Shown here: positions 46,516 to 59,600 of the stretch, one piece after another
Layout of the letters: each line of letters starts with the position of its first letter
Position numbering within the stretch: the first letter of the stretch is position 1
Assembly: GCA_024704765.1 (NCBI GenBank)
Contig: JAKMXF010000066.1
Span: 442,499 to 506,498, forward strand
DNA from: Oopsacas minuta
Lineage: Eukaryota > Animalia > Porifera
Direction of reading: 5' to 3'
DNA: 64,000 bases
Program-made: the position numbers and the translations under genes
Notes under the pieces: generated by a model
Databases searched by the model: none
Told to the model about the DNA's origin: nothing
What the model saw: the letters and a program-made list of their open reading frames with translations, nothing else

Positions 46516-47509
46516 ATGGATTTCGGAACAGGTGCAGCTCTCCCCGTATCCAAGCCTCCTCTAGCTAGACAATTCAACCCCTATACTTCCAATGGTGGTA
46601 CTATTCTAGCTCTGAGCGGAGAGGACTTCTCTCTGGTAGCTTCTGATACCCGACTAAGCGAGAGATTCAGGATTCATACTAGGGATCAGCCTAAGACCTA
46701 TAAACTCACAGACAATGTTGTTTTAGGTACAAATATACGTAATACCTATATTCTTTTGCTTCGTGATATTGTACGACTACCAACTCCTGTTATATCGAAG
46801 ACGTAATTGTGTAAATATTGGCTCAAACTGTCAAAGTAACAAATTTTATTGGTTATATCGAATTCAGCTTATATCAAAGTAATCATCGCGGTCCCTTAAG
46901 CTTTGATATAACGAGAATTTACTGTACTTTGAAGGTTTGAGACCATATTTGTACAATTTCATACTTCGATATTTTGTGTTTGATATAACAGGAGTTGAAT
47001 GTAGTTAATATCTAGGTTGTTGCGGATTTCATGGTGATGTCCTAACTCTGAATAAATTGCTAGCAGCTCGTATAAAGATGTACAAACACCAACATGACCA
47101 TGAAATATCATGTTCATCTCTAGCTCAGATGCTATCTACTATTCTATACTCCAGACGCTTCTTCCCCTTCTACACTTACAATATTCTTATTGGGTTAGAT
47201 GAACAAGGTAAGGGATGTGTGTATAGCTTCGATCCTGTAGGATCTTATGAGAGGGAGACCTATAGAGCTGGGGGTACAGGGGCCTCTATGTTACAACCTC
47301 TGCTTGATAACCAGATAGGCTTCAAGCATCAGAATATTCCTGAGCAAGATAGACCAGAATTAACAGCTGATAGAGCTATAGCATTAGTGAGGGATGTGTT
47401 TATAGGAGCAGCTGAGAGGGATATCAATACAGGAGATGGATTGCATATGCAACTGGTAACCAAGGATGGTATCAAGACACTAGATAGGTTTCCTCTTAGG
47501 AAAGATTAG
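46516..47509 (+). CDS. PSMB1: Proteasome subunit beta type-1 (beta-6), 2 exons (46516-46732, 47018-47509)
   Basis: [52 protein letters not shown] | [29 protein letters not shown]...[45 protein letters not shown]...[15 protein letters not shown]... is collinear with human PSMB1. The GT donor at 46733 and AG acceptor at 47017 restore the frame. The intron contains MITE copies. Confidence 0.9.
46771..47003. mobile_element. MITE family A: one full copy (46771-46926) plus an adjacent partial copy (46927-47003), in the PSMB1 intron
   Basis: CAACTCCTGTTATATCGAAG...CGCGGTCCCTTAAGCTTTGATATAACGAGAATTTACTGTA followed by CTTTGAAGGTTTGAGACCATATTTGTACAATTTCATACTTCGATATTTTGTGTTTGATATAACAGGAGTTGAATGTA. Confidence 0.75.
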
Positions 47510-47576
47510 ATACTTGATTTATATGTGTGTTGCGTAGTATTGGAGGAGTAGAGCTTATATTTCGTAATAATTATAA

Positions 47577-47840
47577 TACACTTAACTCCCGTTATATCAA
47601 AGCTCAAGGGACCGCAATTATTACATACTTCGATATGACTGATAAAATTTAATACTTTGATATCCAGTCAGCTCTCCTTATAATCGAACACAGATTTATC
47701 GAAAATTCAAAATCACCCTTATATCTGCCCGAAATTGTACAGATATGACCCCAAACAGTAAAAGTCACATAAATTACATCGTCATATCATGTTATTTTTC
47801 GCTTTCCCTTGAATTGCGTTATAACAAGCAGTTGACTGTA
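47577..47840. mobile_element. MITE family A, expanded (about 260 bp) copy downstream of PSMB1
   Basis: CTTAACTCCCGTTATATCAAAGCTCAAGGGACCGCAATTATTACATACTTCGATATGACTG ... GAAATTGTACAGATATGACCCCAAACAGTAAAAGTCAC ... GTTATAACAAGCAGTTGACTGTA. Confidence 0.65.
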
Positions 47841-47913
47841 CATAATCACCAGCTTATGACTATTGTTTGATATTTCATTACTTAATGAATGACACAATAA
47901 AGTATAATTTAGC

Positions 47914-49115
47914 ATGGCTACTAGTTATCACATGGAAGCACTACGAAGACAACGAGTCATAGAGCGAGCCGTTGCTGCTCGCTCACGTATGGAGAAGGCT
48001 CAATTAGAAGCAGTTAGTGTTGAACCTCCCTCAGTGTCTCCCTCTCAAGCACTAGCTAATGGAGTAGCTGAGCCTGAATTAGCTAAACTATCTCAACAAT
48101 CTAATCGCTCTGCAACCAATAGTATATATACTCCTAGTGTAACTCATTCAGTGAGTAGAGCTAGTAATAGAACTGCCTCAAGTAAGTTATTTCGCGAAAA
48201 CATGCTTAATAGATATTTAACCATGTATCCGTGCTTTCATTTATCTGCTTTGATGTTGTTCTAGGTAATTTTAACGCACTCATGACTTGATTGGAGGGCG
48301 ATTTCTTTAGAACACAAATACCCGAATTCCACCATCAATGGTTAAATAGCTAATAAGGGGCTATTTTCGTCAAAACAATCCTTTCTATACTTTTGATTTC
48401 TGTTTATTATTTACGTTCTATACAAATGTGTATAGAACATTCATCTCAGCGATCTCGTCCATCTACTACTGCTACGCTAACTAAAGAGAATGTAGGAGAA
48501 GATAATCAAGTGATTTCATCCCGTCCTACTTCATCGCATGTTTCTAGAGCTGTATCAGCTAGCAGTAACAAGCAACAAGAGAAACAGGAATCTAAGAGTA
48601 ATCATGGATCTAAAGAACCAAGTAGGAATGAGAAGAGAGAAGATGTTGCTAGTGTGAAGAGTCGCGAGGGTTCTAAATTAAGCAACAGAGCAGTATCTAA
48701 TGCTTCTGAGAGGTTAGGATCCGCTGTGAATGCTGAGAGGGCTAAATCTGCTAATTTATCTCAAAAATCTTCAAAGAGGAATTCTCCTATCCGTGGTAAA
48801 TCCATTAATTCTAACTTATATTGTTATTTATACCAATCAAATAATTGCTATGCCTAATTATAGCCAATTCTGTTACTTTGACGTTTTGGGACCATATTTG
48901 AACAATTGTAAAGCTGGTATTTTCGATATATCCGTGTTAGATATAACATAAGTTGACTGTATTTATTTCATAACATTATATAGAGGAAGGAGCACAGCAT
49001 GAGGATACTAATAACAAGTCCTCTCGCCCCCCATCAGAAGCTAGATCAACATCCCATCACTCTTGCAGTGGATCTAATAAGCCTATAACTCATGACGAAC
49101 AAACATCTACATGAC
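47914..49115 (+). CDS. Serine-rich low-complexity protein (about 3 exons), function unknown
   Basis: Exon 1 47914 to about 48181 (MATSYHMEALRRQRVIERAVAARSRMEKAQLEA..., donor CAA|GTAAGT). Exon 2 about 48441-48791 (Ser/Lys/Arg-rich). Exon 3 about 48985-49115. No recognisable domain, so the gene model is tentative. Confidence 0.35.
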
Positions 49116-49308
49116 TATACAACTAATAGGATATACTATTATTATTGCTTTATACTTGGCTACCCTTTCACTAGTATATTATATTATTTATTGCTCACTG
49201 TCTTCTCGTCGTACTGTTTATGTTATTTTCGATTAGATTATTATTATTGTATTTATGATATCTGTACTATATGAATCCGTATACCAATGAGGGTCTGCTG
49301 TTACCAAC

Positions 49309-49436
49309 CTACAGTCAACTGTTGTATCAAAGCTTAAGGGACCGCAATAGCCAATGAAATATATATACATGTTACTTTGACGGTTTGGCACCATATTTGT
49401 ACAATTTCAAATTTCGATATACCGGGAGTTGACTAT
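49309..49436. mobile_element. MITE family A copy between the Ser-rich gene and the EST1/SMG-like gene
   Basis: TACAGTCAACTGTTGTATCAAAGCTTAAGGGACCGCAATAGCC...GTTACTTTGACGGTTTGGCACCATATTTGTACAATTTCAAATTTCGATATACCGGGAGTTGACTATGG. Confidence 0.75.
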
Positions 49437-49513
49437 GGTTGTATTTCTATCCATTGTATAACAGTTACTATTATGCACTAGCGATCTAATTACTGATGTA
49501 AGGTAGCTCCTGT

Positions 49514-51691
49514 TTGAGATGTAGCATGAGTGAGAGCATATACGATCTAGCCAGAGAGGCTGAGCTCCTCAAATCCAATTTAAAACATCAACAAGAAGCC
49601 GCCTCCCCTCTTGACTGCTCCTGGACAACTAGACAGAGACTGGAGGATATTTACAGACAAATGCTATTAACGGATTTAAGCTTCTCGCTAGAGAATAGAA
49701 TAGAAGTTGATCTGTGGAATTGTGTGTTTAGAACTCAAATAAATTATCTACAGACTAATATCACTCATCAACAGGTAATTTTGTTATCATAGATTCCTTT
49801 GATAAATATAGATATTTTTAGTCCTATAAAACGTGATTTATTCGATATAAAGCGTAGTTAAATAATTCCATGAATTTTATGGTATTTTGGCGGTTTTGAG
49901 TCATACATTTAACTCCCGTTACATCGAACACGGATATATCAAAATTTGAAATTGTACAAATAATCAAATATGGTCCCAACTCCCAAACCAAAGTAAGATT
50001 ATATCCAAGTTCTTTATGAAAGTTTACTGTATTCTTGTTAGGGTACACAACGAGAAGAGACATTATCTAGCCTATATATATGTTTGGAAAGTACCTGTTG
50101 TTTCTATCATCAGCTGTTACAGAGCATATGCTATAAATATAATACTTCACTTCCTTCCTACCTTACTCCAGAGCAGATAGGAGTGTGTAGAAGATCAGTT
50201 AGTACTGTAACAGCTGGAGAAGATAATATACGAATTATAGGACAGGACTGTCTATTGAGGTTAGGAGATCTAGCTAGATATAGAGGGGAGTGTAACCTAG
50301 CTACCAAGTACTATAAGCAGGTTAGATTATTTTATTTACTCATAATTCAGTCACTATCTTAATTACATATTATAAGTAAGTATTCCCTTACTTAGGCATA
50401 TGATCTACTACCTGGCAAGAGCATAATATCTAATCAATTAGGACTCATAGCATCATCACAGGGTAACTTCTATAAAGCAGCATTCCACTACTCTCATTCT
50501 ATCATCAGTCACATTCCATTCTCCCCCAGTCGTAACAACCTAGAACAGATATTTGAGACTCACACTAGACAATTCCCAGATGAGATATCTGATTTATTAT
50601 CTTTCCAGACAGGATTCTTATACTTGTTATCTCTTCTGTATTTCTCTAAAGACCTTGCATTTCTTTCATTTCTACTTCCTAAACTCATGACAGCTCTCTC
50701 TTCCTTCTTACAGAAGGGAGAAGCTAAACACGAGTTTATTCTATGTACAGTGGGACTGTGTTTGTTTGCTTGTGTGATTAGTTACCAACCTTTGACTGGG
50801 CTAACACTTCATCAGGTAGTGCTTTATCCTTTCGTTGTAGTTAAATATTCTAATTTTAGAATTATTCTACTCAGTGAAACCTCCATAGACGTGGAAACAG
50901 TGTAGCATTCCCTAGTTTATGGAATTACACTTGTACACTTTCAATAGAGTACACTGTATTTTATTTCTATTATTATTTAGGCTACAGAATGTCTTACAGC
51001 AGAAGAACATCAGAAATGTAAACTATCTCTCATCTTGCTCTTAGAAACTACTTTAGTATTGCTATCAAACTCTCTATCTACTACATCCCATATGAATACC
51101 ATGCTACCATTCATTAACGCAACTCTCCATTGGTTAGCTACACACATACATCATATACCAGTAGATCAGCTGATCCAATTGCCTTCTCTTTGGCAGAGCT
51201 TAGCTAAGTTGTTGAATAGACTATCATTGAAATCTGGTTTTGAAACAAATATTGACGTCGCTCAGTGTTTAAGTGAGGAAATATCTTTAATCGAATTTCT
51301 ATCATACAAATATACACCCACTAACCTAACGAAATGTTCAAATGAAGAATTGTGTTTAGCTAAAATGATTTCTAATATTAAATCTATGACACAAAACAGC
51401 CAATGTAGTTTCCTCTCTCTCAATACACATGATGGTACATACAAACTAGTCTATACTTCTCCAACAGCTGATCAGCCTGTGGCAATAGAACATGACATTA
51501 TGACGTCACCTACTCTAAGCCCTCTCTTCGCTTCTCCACTGCTTAATAATTCTAACGACTGCTCTTTCTTTCCTAGTATATGGTCTGATACTCCTTATCA
51601 GCAGACTAGTCCACTGCTTACTACGCCTACTGTATCCTCCATAGATACTATTCAGTCCCTTTGGAACGCTTCAGACCCTGCTTCATCCTAA
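49514..51691 (+). CDS. EST1/SMG5-SMG7 family protein (14-3-3-like/TPR N-terminal domain), about 5 exons, no C-terminal PIN domain
   Basis: The exon at 50084-50330 reads FYHQLLQSICYKYNTSLPSYLTPEQ...CLLRLGDLARYRGECNLATKYYKQ, the conserved EST1/SMG7 'CL.HLGDIARYR...A..YY..A' signature. The following exon reads AYDLLPGKSIISNQLGLIASSQGNFYKAAFHYSHSI (SMG7-like 'G.PYNQLA.LA...' block). The C-terminal region is low-complexity and ends at 51691. Confidence 0.55.
49907..50031. mobile_element. MITE family A copy in an intron of the EST1/SMG-like gene
   Basis: TTAACTCCCGTTACATCGAACACGGATATATCAAAATTTGAAATTGTACAAATAATCAAATATGGTCCCAACTCCCAAACCAAAGTAAG...AAGTTTACTGTA. Confidence 0.7.
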
Positions 51692-51989
51692 AAGCTTTAT
51701 AATTGTTATATTTCTGTAATTAGATTAATGTAATTCGCTTTATTTCCTGCTTTGTTCATCGCTAAGATTGTTTCTGATTAAATAGTCATTTAAACAAAAC
51801 GAATGAAACTTTCAGAATGTTTTATATATTTTTAACACACTAGACCCTGATTAATACAAACACAGTTAATACGAACTCCAGATAAGCGAACACATTTTGA
51901 CCGTCCGTTCGAATTTGTATTTACGAGGTTCCACTGTATTTGGATAAAATCGCATGTCTACTTTAATATTTACATTTCTATTTACTTAA

Positions 51990-53207
51990 ATGTCTAGATT
52001 TATAGTTTATGAGATGCGAGATAATCTATTACTGATCCTTACTTCTCTTATCTTCACGACTGCTCTATCTACACAAGGCCCTAAGTTTAAATGTGAGCTA
52101 AATTATAAACACAGTACTGAAGGAGTTTACACTGTATACGACATAACTAATGGAATTATGCATGTAGCGAGTTTCGTTGGAGATCCTACCTTTATGATAT
52201 ATCGCACAAACAAATCTGATTCTCTGAAAATTCATTGCAACGAAAGTAAGCAAATAACAAATGTAGCTATCAGTAGTTATGAGTTGTTGTATGGATTTGT
52301 AATTAGGAATTTAATAGAGTTCAAAGTTCAAGGTTCAGGTGTAAATTTTAACCGGCAAAAGTTCGACAACAATACAGTTAACCTGTTCAACACAACATCT
52401 CTATCCAATTTGAAGTATAACATAACTAGTTTAGGTAAGAATTGTGACGAGACTGGGAAAATAACAGTATCTCTACAGCAAAAGAATATTAGTTCAAATT
52501 ACACACAAATGAATATTCTATTTAATTTCCAAGCTTACTCGAGTGAAGGGAGATTGATGAATCAACCTCGTTACGCGTACAGGGGTAATAATTCAGTGAT
52601 AGGTATTGTTATAAAGGATTATCAATACCATCTAACTAATACATCAAATCCTGCTAGCAGGCTAGCCCTAGAACTTGATTTCATACGGAATGATAAATCT
52701 CAGTTATTCTACTCCTCAGTATCTAATATAGATGATGAATACACACCAGCTGTATTCCTACAGAACACACTGTCACTACGACAAGGGGGCTATTACTACT
52801 GGAAGCCTATTGCGTATGTAGCTCAAGATAGAACAGTAGAGACTTCTATGATGGCTACTTACCTGAATGGTACTTATACTAACTCTACTGTTAAATTGAA
52901 TACTACAGGTTTTTACCATTATCTACAGGGTAATATTAATGCTAGTCTTGAGAGAGCATTTATGCTGTTTGGAACTGATGGCGATTCAACACTAAATGCT
53001 GATTATGTCTACTTCCGTATGGAGCTAGGACTAGGTACTCCACCCACTGATAGTATTTCTTTACCTCTGATTATTGCTATTGGGGTTGGATTTGGTCTCC
53101 CTGTGCTTGGACTACTGTTGGGGGTTGTTGGTATGTGTTTCTTTATGGCTTACAAATGCTGTTTCAGGAAAAGCACCAGAAATGCACGCTATGTAATGAT
53201 AAATTAG
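51990..53207 (+). CDS. Type-I membrane glycoprotein (signal peptide, about 20 N-glycosylation sequons, single C-terminal TM, short cytoplasmic tail), intronless, lineage-specific/unknown
   Basis: Hydrophobic N-terminus LLLILTSLIFTTALS. Many NxS/T sites (NKSD, NESK, NFNR, NNTV, NTTS, NITS, NISS, NYTQ, NNSV, NTSN, NGTY, NSTV, NTTG, NAS...). TM segment LPLIIAIGVGFGLPVLGLLLGVVGMCFFMAY followed by KCCFRKSTRNARYVMIN*. Confidence 0.5.
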   Translation: MSRFIVYEMRDNLLLILTSLIFTTALSTQGPKFKCELNYKHSTEGVYTVYDITNGIMHVASFVGDPTFMIYRTNKSDSLKIHCNESKQITNVAISSYELLYGFVIRNLIEFKVQGSGVNFNRQKFDNNTVNLFNTTSLSNLKYNITSLGKNCDETGKITVSLQQKNISSNYTQMNILFNFQAYSSEGRLMNQPRYAYRGNNSVIGIVIKDYQYHLTNTSNPASRLALELDFIRNDKSQLFYSSVSNIDDEYTPAVFLQNTLSLRQGGYYYWKPIAYVAQDRTVETSMMATYLNGTYTNSTVKLNTTGFYHYLQGNINASLERAFMLFGTDGDSTLNADYVYFRMELGLGTPPTDSISLPLIIAIGVGFGLPVLGLLLGVVGMCFFMAYKCCFRKSTRNARYVMIN

Positions 53208-53643
53208 ATATGATGTACATGTTTGTAAGTAACCGCAGTTTGCTTCTTTAACTTTTGAACTTTATTTTAGCGAAACTTTCCCTTCTTGAAACGTATACAT
53301 ACTTGTTACAAAATTTATGTACATTCGTATTTGAGCTATTACTATTATTACATTATAATCTATGTACACTTTATTAGATTAGAGATTTAATCATACAGCA
53401 TGATCAGTCGATGCCCATCAATTCCTTTGCTGTTAGAGTGTTAAATGAATTATTGTACCATCATTATAGGTCGCTCTATGTGTGGCCGTTAAGGCCCCAG
53501 AATGTATAGTTATGGTGGGATGTATTGTCTCGAGACACAATCTTTCGGGTAGAGAGCATTCTGACCTATATTTTCGCAATTTGAGCTTATAAACATCTTA
53601 AGCTATATAATTTTCGGATCTAATCTTTATATATTATAGGTTA

Positions 53644-56600
53644 TTGCTATTTGAAATGTCTAGAATATTCCTGTGTGGCTCTCGTTCAGTAGGAAAGACA
53701 ACTCTATGTAAAGATTGGTGTGAATGGAATAAAGAATATGTTCATATTAATGGAAATGACGTCACTAGTGAAGTAATGGATGCAAATAATATTAGTCGTG
53801 ATGATATTATTAATTCTTTGAATACAGAAGCTAAAGAGTTATATTACAATCTACAGAAGTATCTTTTTATTGAGCAAAACAAGAGAGAAGAATTGCTAAG
53901 TGATCGATTGTTCATATCTGATAGCGGACCAGATCCTCTTATTTATACTCACAAAGAAAGTAAGGATATGTCTTATAAATTGTATAAGCATGAAGATGTT
54001 ACGAATTGCTTCAATCTCTACCGCAAGAGTTTAATAGTTGTAGTAGCTCCTTTAGAAGATGACAGAGAACATAATTCTTATACAAAGGTATTGAGACATG
54101 TATTACAAGAGTGTGGTGTACCTTATATGTACCTGAGAGAGAGGGTTAGATCAAAAAGATTAGAAATACTTAAGATAGCAGCTATTAATGGGTGTGTCCT
54201 TATGCCATTGGATCAGTTAAAAGAACAGCAGTGTCTTGCTTACTACATGGACATAGGAACTGTGAAAAATCGCATATTTTGCTCTCCAATGTCTCTGCAA
54301 GATAATACAGCCTATATTCGTAAATTCATAATATATCCATATGAAATACAATTATCTATTCAATCAATGGACAGTACTAATCGTATGCTAGAGAGATATG
54401 GTATAGGTAATTTTGTATTACTTGAATTCCACTGGAAAGTTAGTGATAATGACATTAAAGATATTCTGGGTATAGGACTATATGTAGATGGTGATGAATA
54501 CCAGTTTATAGGTTGTAGCTCAGAGGAATTGAGGAGTAGGACTTGTTACCTTATGAAGGGAGATACTAATTACATTGATGCTGTATTGAGTGAGTGTGGA
54601 GATTTTTCTGGGGTAAACACGGTTGCTGAGAGGTTGAATAGGATAGGATACCTATTCTCAAAAGGTATAAATACAGGTGTAGCTATTAGCAATGACGAGT
54701 TTGAGGTTATTGAAGATGTCTCAAATGCTGGAAGGATATTCACTGATGGTTGTGGATTAATTGGATTGAATTTAGCTAAGAAATTGGCTATAGGTTCTAA
54801 TGTGGGTATAAACTCTCCAGATGATAATATTCCAGGTGTTTTTCAGATCAGATTCCAAGGGTACCAATGTGTTGTTATGAAGGCCCCAAAAGAAAACCAA
54901 GATTCTTTTCAGTTAAGAAATTCTATGTTGAAATATAATACTGGAACAAAGCCTTTTCCACATATCTGGATCTGCAACCATTCTCGTCCTAATTCATACG
55001 GCAATCTAAACAAACAGTTTATTATGTTACTATCTGGACGAGGGATAAGTGACAAAGTTTTCCTTACAAAACAAGATAGTTATTTCACTGCATTAGAGAA
55101 TATGTTAATCGATCCTAAATTCGCTATTAAACTTCTTAACTGGAAAAACTACACAGAACTAGCCGAAACAGTAGCTGCCTGTCCTTCTACCGAGGATATG
55201 CAACAGAACAAAGAAATACAAAACAAACTCAAATACCTCAAAAATACACTTGTAGAGAGAATTGACGAATTAGAAATTCCAGTTATTAACTCGCGATATA
55301 TGTTTGGTGTCTGTGATCCTAATCAGCTGTTAGAATACGGAGAATGTTTCGTTAGATACACATTGAATGATGAACTAAAAACACTACAGGCAGGAACTTC
55401 TGTGATTGTTGGGAAGAATCCTTGTTATCATCTCGAAGATATTAGAGTTTTAATCACAGTAGATTATCCTGAATTGAATCATTTAGTTGATTGTATTGTA
55501 TTTCCTGTAAAAGGTGAGAGACCCCATACATCTGAGATTGCTGGTTCTAGTCTAGGTGAGGACCGGTATTTTGTGTGTTGGGACGATAATCTGATCCCTA
55601 AAGATGTACCAAAACCTTATAAATACCTTGAAATAGAACCTGATCGAGCTCAAAACATATCTCGTGAAAATATCATCGAGTTCTTCGCTGGTTGTATGAA
55701 TAATATGGATATGATTAATTCATATTATCAATATTGGGCAGATAAACTAGGAGCAGGTTGTAGAGCTTGTAGAGATCTGGCTCAGCTGTTATCCAGAGGT
55801 GTAGCTTCTACAACAACAGTTGATAAGTTACCATGTGATCCCAAACCTCACAGAAATAAAAATCTCACATCACACGGTGAAATGGTTTGGCATAAGATGA
55901 AGATAATAGCTCGTAGTAAAAGGAAGACGTTTACACTAGATACCATTGAAGATGCTCTGGTTAATACATGTTATGTCTCCTCTATTCCAGAAGACTTTAT
56001 GATAAGAATATTGAAGGATAAAGATAGGAGTATTCCTGAATACAAAATACTAATTACCTTATACAAATGGTGTAGGAGACTCAAATTAACTGACATTGAG
56101 ATAATTGATAAATTCATTGAGCTGTCCAGCTTTATAAACTTCGGTATTCTAACACTGAATGAGAGGATTGAAGCTATTAACCATGGCATACCAACTACTC
56201 ATGTAATGAACGCGTTATACAAGTCTAGAATACTCACTACAAAGATGTTACAGTCTCTGAAATTACCTTGTTATGGATGGGAATATTGCTTCAGAGAGAA
56301 GAGTAGTGATTTTGCCTGGAGCGATTTGTCTACTGCTATTACTAGTTTTACTGAATCTTTTATTATTCTTCAACTTGAAGAGTACATTTTAGCTTTCCAT
56401 ATTATTGGTACGATTCGACTAGGGGACTCTGTGTTACCGCCTGGAAGCCTGACGTCATATTTATTCTCTGGGGGACAAATGTTCAGATACGTAACAGAAT
56501 GTCATTATAATATTAATTTAGCTACAGAAGTAATACAATTTTATATCGAACATAAAGAGAATACATTTCTGTTTATGAAAAGATTCGGCAGAAGTTCTAA

Positions 56601-59600
56601 GAATGATTTTGAAGGTGTCAAATATGATATTATTAGTATTGAGTTGGATAAATTCAAAACTGAATCCTCTGGAAATTCCAAACATCCTCTAATACGGAAA
56701 AAGAACTTCCAAATGATTGAGGTATTCGTTAAGAATAAATTCCAGCAGGAGATCAGCTGCTCTTTAGATGCCAATTCCCATCCGACAGAGAACGAGCTGG
56801 AGGATCTGCTGAGTGAAGATAAAGACTGTTTCATTGAACTACAAACTCTACCTGATTCACCGTTATTAGCTATGAAGGAATTTGCTTGTAAAGGAGATGG
56901 TATAGGATTCTCTGGAGTACTACAACATATCAATGTATCTTCTATTAATAGTGTTATATTAATAGAACAATTCCTTATTCTTCTGTCAAATGTTATTGCT
57001 AAAATAGCACATAAATGTAGTTCGGAGTTACATACACAAGCATTGGAAGTCTATTGTAATCCTGGAGATCAAACTATTGAGCAAGAATGTTCGGAATTGC
57101 CAACACCATCAAGTATCTTCGAAATAGCTAGTACAGTTGATAATCAAGTTATTCATACGATAGGAGATAGCTATCATGATACAAATCCATTCGTTCATGA
57201 AGTAGAGCAGTACACACATGATAAGAAGTATAGTAGTAGAAATAGCGTAAGATTAACGGTACCATTAATAGAGGAAAATGGATCAGATCTAGACGCACAA
57301 CCAATGGAGGCTAAGAAATTATCTACAGAGTCACTTATACAGGAAACTGGACCAGAAGAACAAGTATCATCATTGGATAAGTTCAGTGAATCTTTATTAG
57401 AACCTGTAGCTGAAACACAAACAATTCGTAATGGTACTCAATCATCAGGTCTTGTTGTAAAGGAAGTTAGGTCAGAGATACTAATAGAAATCTCTGATAC
57501 AGAAAAAGCACTGGCTACTCCATTTGCCAAGGGAGATCAATCCGAAACACAAACAACTTGCAATGACATCCAATCCTCTAATACTGTTATACAGGAAAAT
57601 AAACCAGCATTACTAATAGAATTGTCTGATACAGAAATTACACCAGATAATACATTTGTACAATCAGATCAACCAAAAATTCAATCAATTTGTAGTGGCG
57701 GACAACCGTCAGAACCTGTTCTGAAAAATCCACCAAAAATACTTATAGAATTATCAGACACAAAAATTACCGCGGAAGATTTATATATCCAAGCAGCTCA
57801 ATCAGAAACACGAGCAATTTGTAATGATATCCATATCCAATCGTCAGAGCATGTTCTCCAGGAAAATATACCTGACTTACTAATTGAATTATCAGAAACA
57901 GAAATTACACCAGATAATACATTAGTACAGTCAGATCAACCAGAAATTCAATCAATTTGTTGTGAAGAACAACCGTCAGAGCCTGTTCTGGAAAATAAAC
58001 AAGAAATACATATGAAATTCTCAGATACGAAAATTACCGCGGATAATTCATATATACAGGCAGATCAATCCGAAACAAAACCAATTTGTAGTGATATCCA
58101 TATCCAATCGTCAGAGCATGTTATACAGGAAAATACACCTTTGTTGCTAATAGATACGTCAGTTTCAGAAATTACACAAGATAATCCAATTATCAACGCT
58201 GATGAACTAGAAATTCAAGAAACAATACAATCAATGGCAGTGATAGATGATCAACTTGTTAAAGCGACTGAATTACGAGATACATTCAAATCCTTGGAAG
58301 AGATATTGAATTCTCCTCATATAGAAATAACACAAGCAAGAGATATACTGCTTCTCTACAGTAGTCTCAGCAAATTACATCTTTATGACGTCATCAAACA
58401 GCATCTTTGCAAGTCAATCGATACAATTGAGATTCCAACAATAGCTCAGTATCTTGACTGTATTTCTAATTGGGAGTTGTGGACATTCCTTCCACTGTCA
58501 GTATCCAGTCAGCTGTCTAATCAGCTGTTTAAGTTATCTCTTAATCTTGACACTATACATACACCGGATCCTGAACATTTTGATGAAAAAGCTCCGAGTA
58601 TTCAGGATTTGTGTATGAAAAGTGGAGTACCTTCATTTGATCAAAACATACTGAATTATTACAGATGTTATTTCTCTCATTTAATACTAAACTCTCTTCT
58701 AAACGAGTCTATTGTAGAAGAAATGATTGAGAATTCTGATACTACATTGTGTATGTGGAGGATGGTTTATTGTCAAGAAGAAGAACGCCTGGATGATGAT
58801 GCTACTGCTAATCCATGTGAAATTAAGAAAAAATGTAAGGCATGCTTCTCTCCAACAAGCAAGATTATGACAGATAAATTCACATTAGGTTCTTATGTCA
58901 AAATCAGCTTTGTAGCTAGATCTACATCTTCTAACTCGAGTATGCCAATTGCACTAGGCTACATATCAACAGTATCAAATATTCTAGGTCGTATTACAGT
59001 AGAAATATTGGATCCTGTCCCTGATTGCCTAAAGAGAGCAGGTCGACTTGAGGTAGGCATATGGACTCTCACCTTGCTAGACAACATTACTACATTCAAG
59101 AATTGTACCAAAGCTCTACATAGCTTACACGAGAGTAAGATTATTTCTATATTAATACATCCTAAAGGGTTCCCTCCTCTTCTAGAGATAGCACAAGAAC
59201 ACAATTTAGACTATACATCTAAACAATCTCTACCTCCAGAAGAGATAGAAAATGTTTCGCATCCTTATGATGTATTCCCTAACTGTCAGGGTTGTAATAA
59301 TAGGATTAGCTTCAATGAGAGACAGGAAAATGCCATCATCTCCGCTCTCGGAGACTCCCTTACTCTGATACAGGGTCTGCCTGGTACTGGTAAGACTGTA
59401 GTAGCAGCAGAGATTGTACATCAGTTACGTCATCTGATTAGACTTAAAGATAGATGTGATACTGCTAAAATGCTAGTTACAGGTGTTACTAATATCACTG
59501 TGGATAATCTCACATATAAACTGTTGGATTTAGGGATGCTAGTGTTGCGTATTGGGGAGACTACCAAAGACCTACGTGAATACTCCTTAGAATATCAGCT

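Noticed and set aside
55971-56933. Minus-strand ORFs (72 and 130 aa) inside the giant RdRP-helicase ORF, and similar ones at 58959-59421 and 60003-60254
   Set aside because: Shadow ORFs on the opposite strand of a clearly coding 6.9 kb frame.
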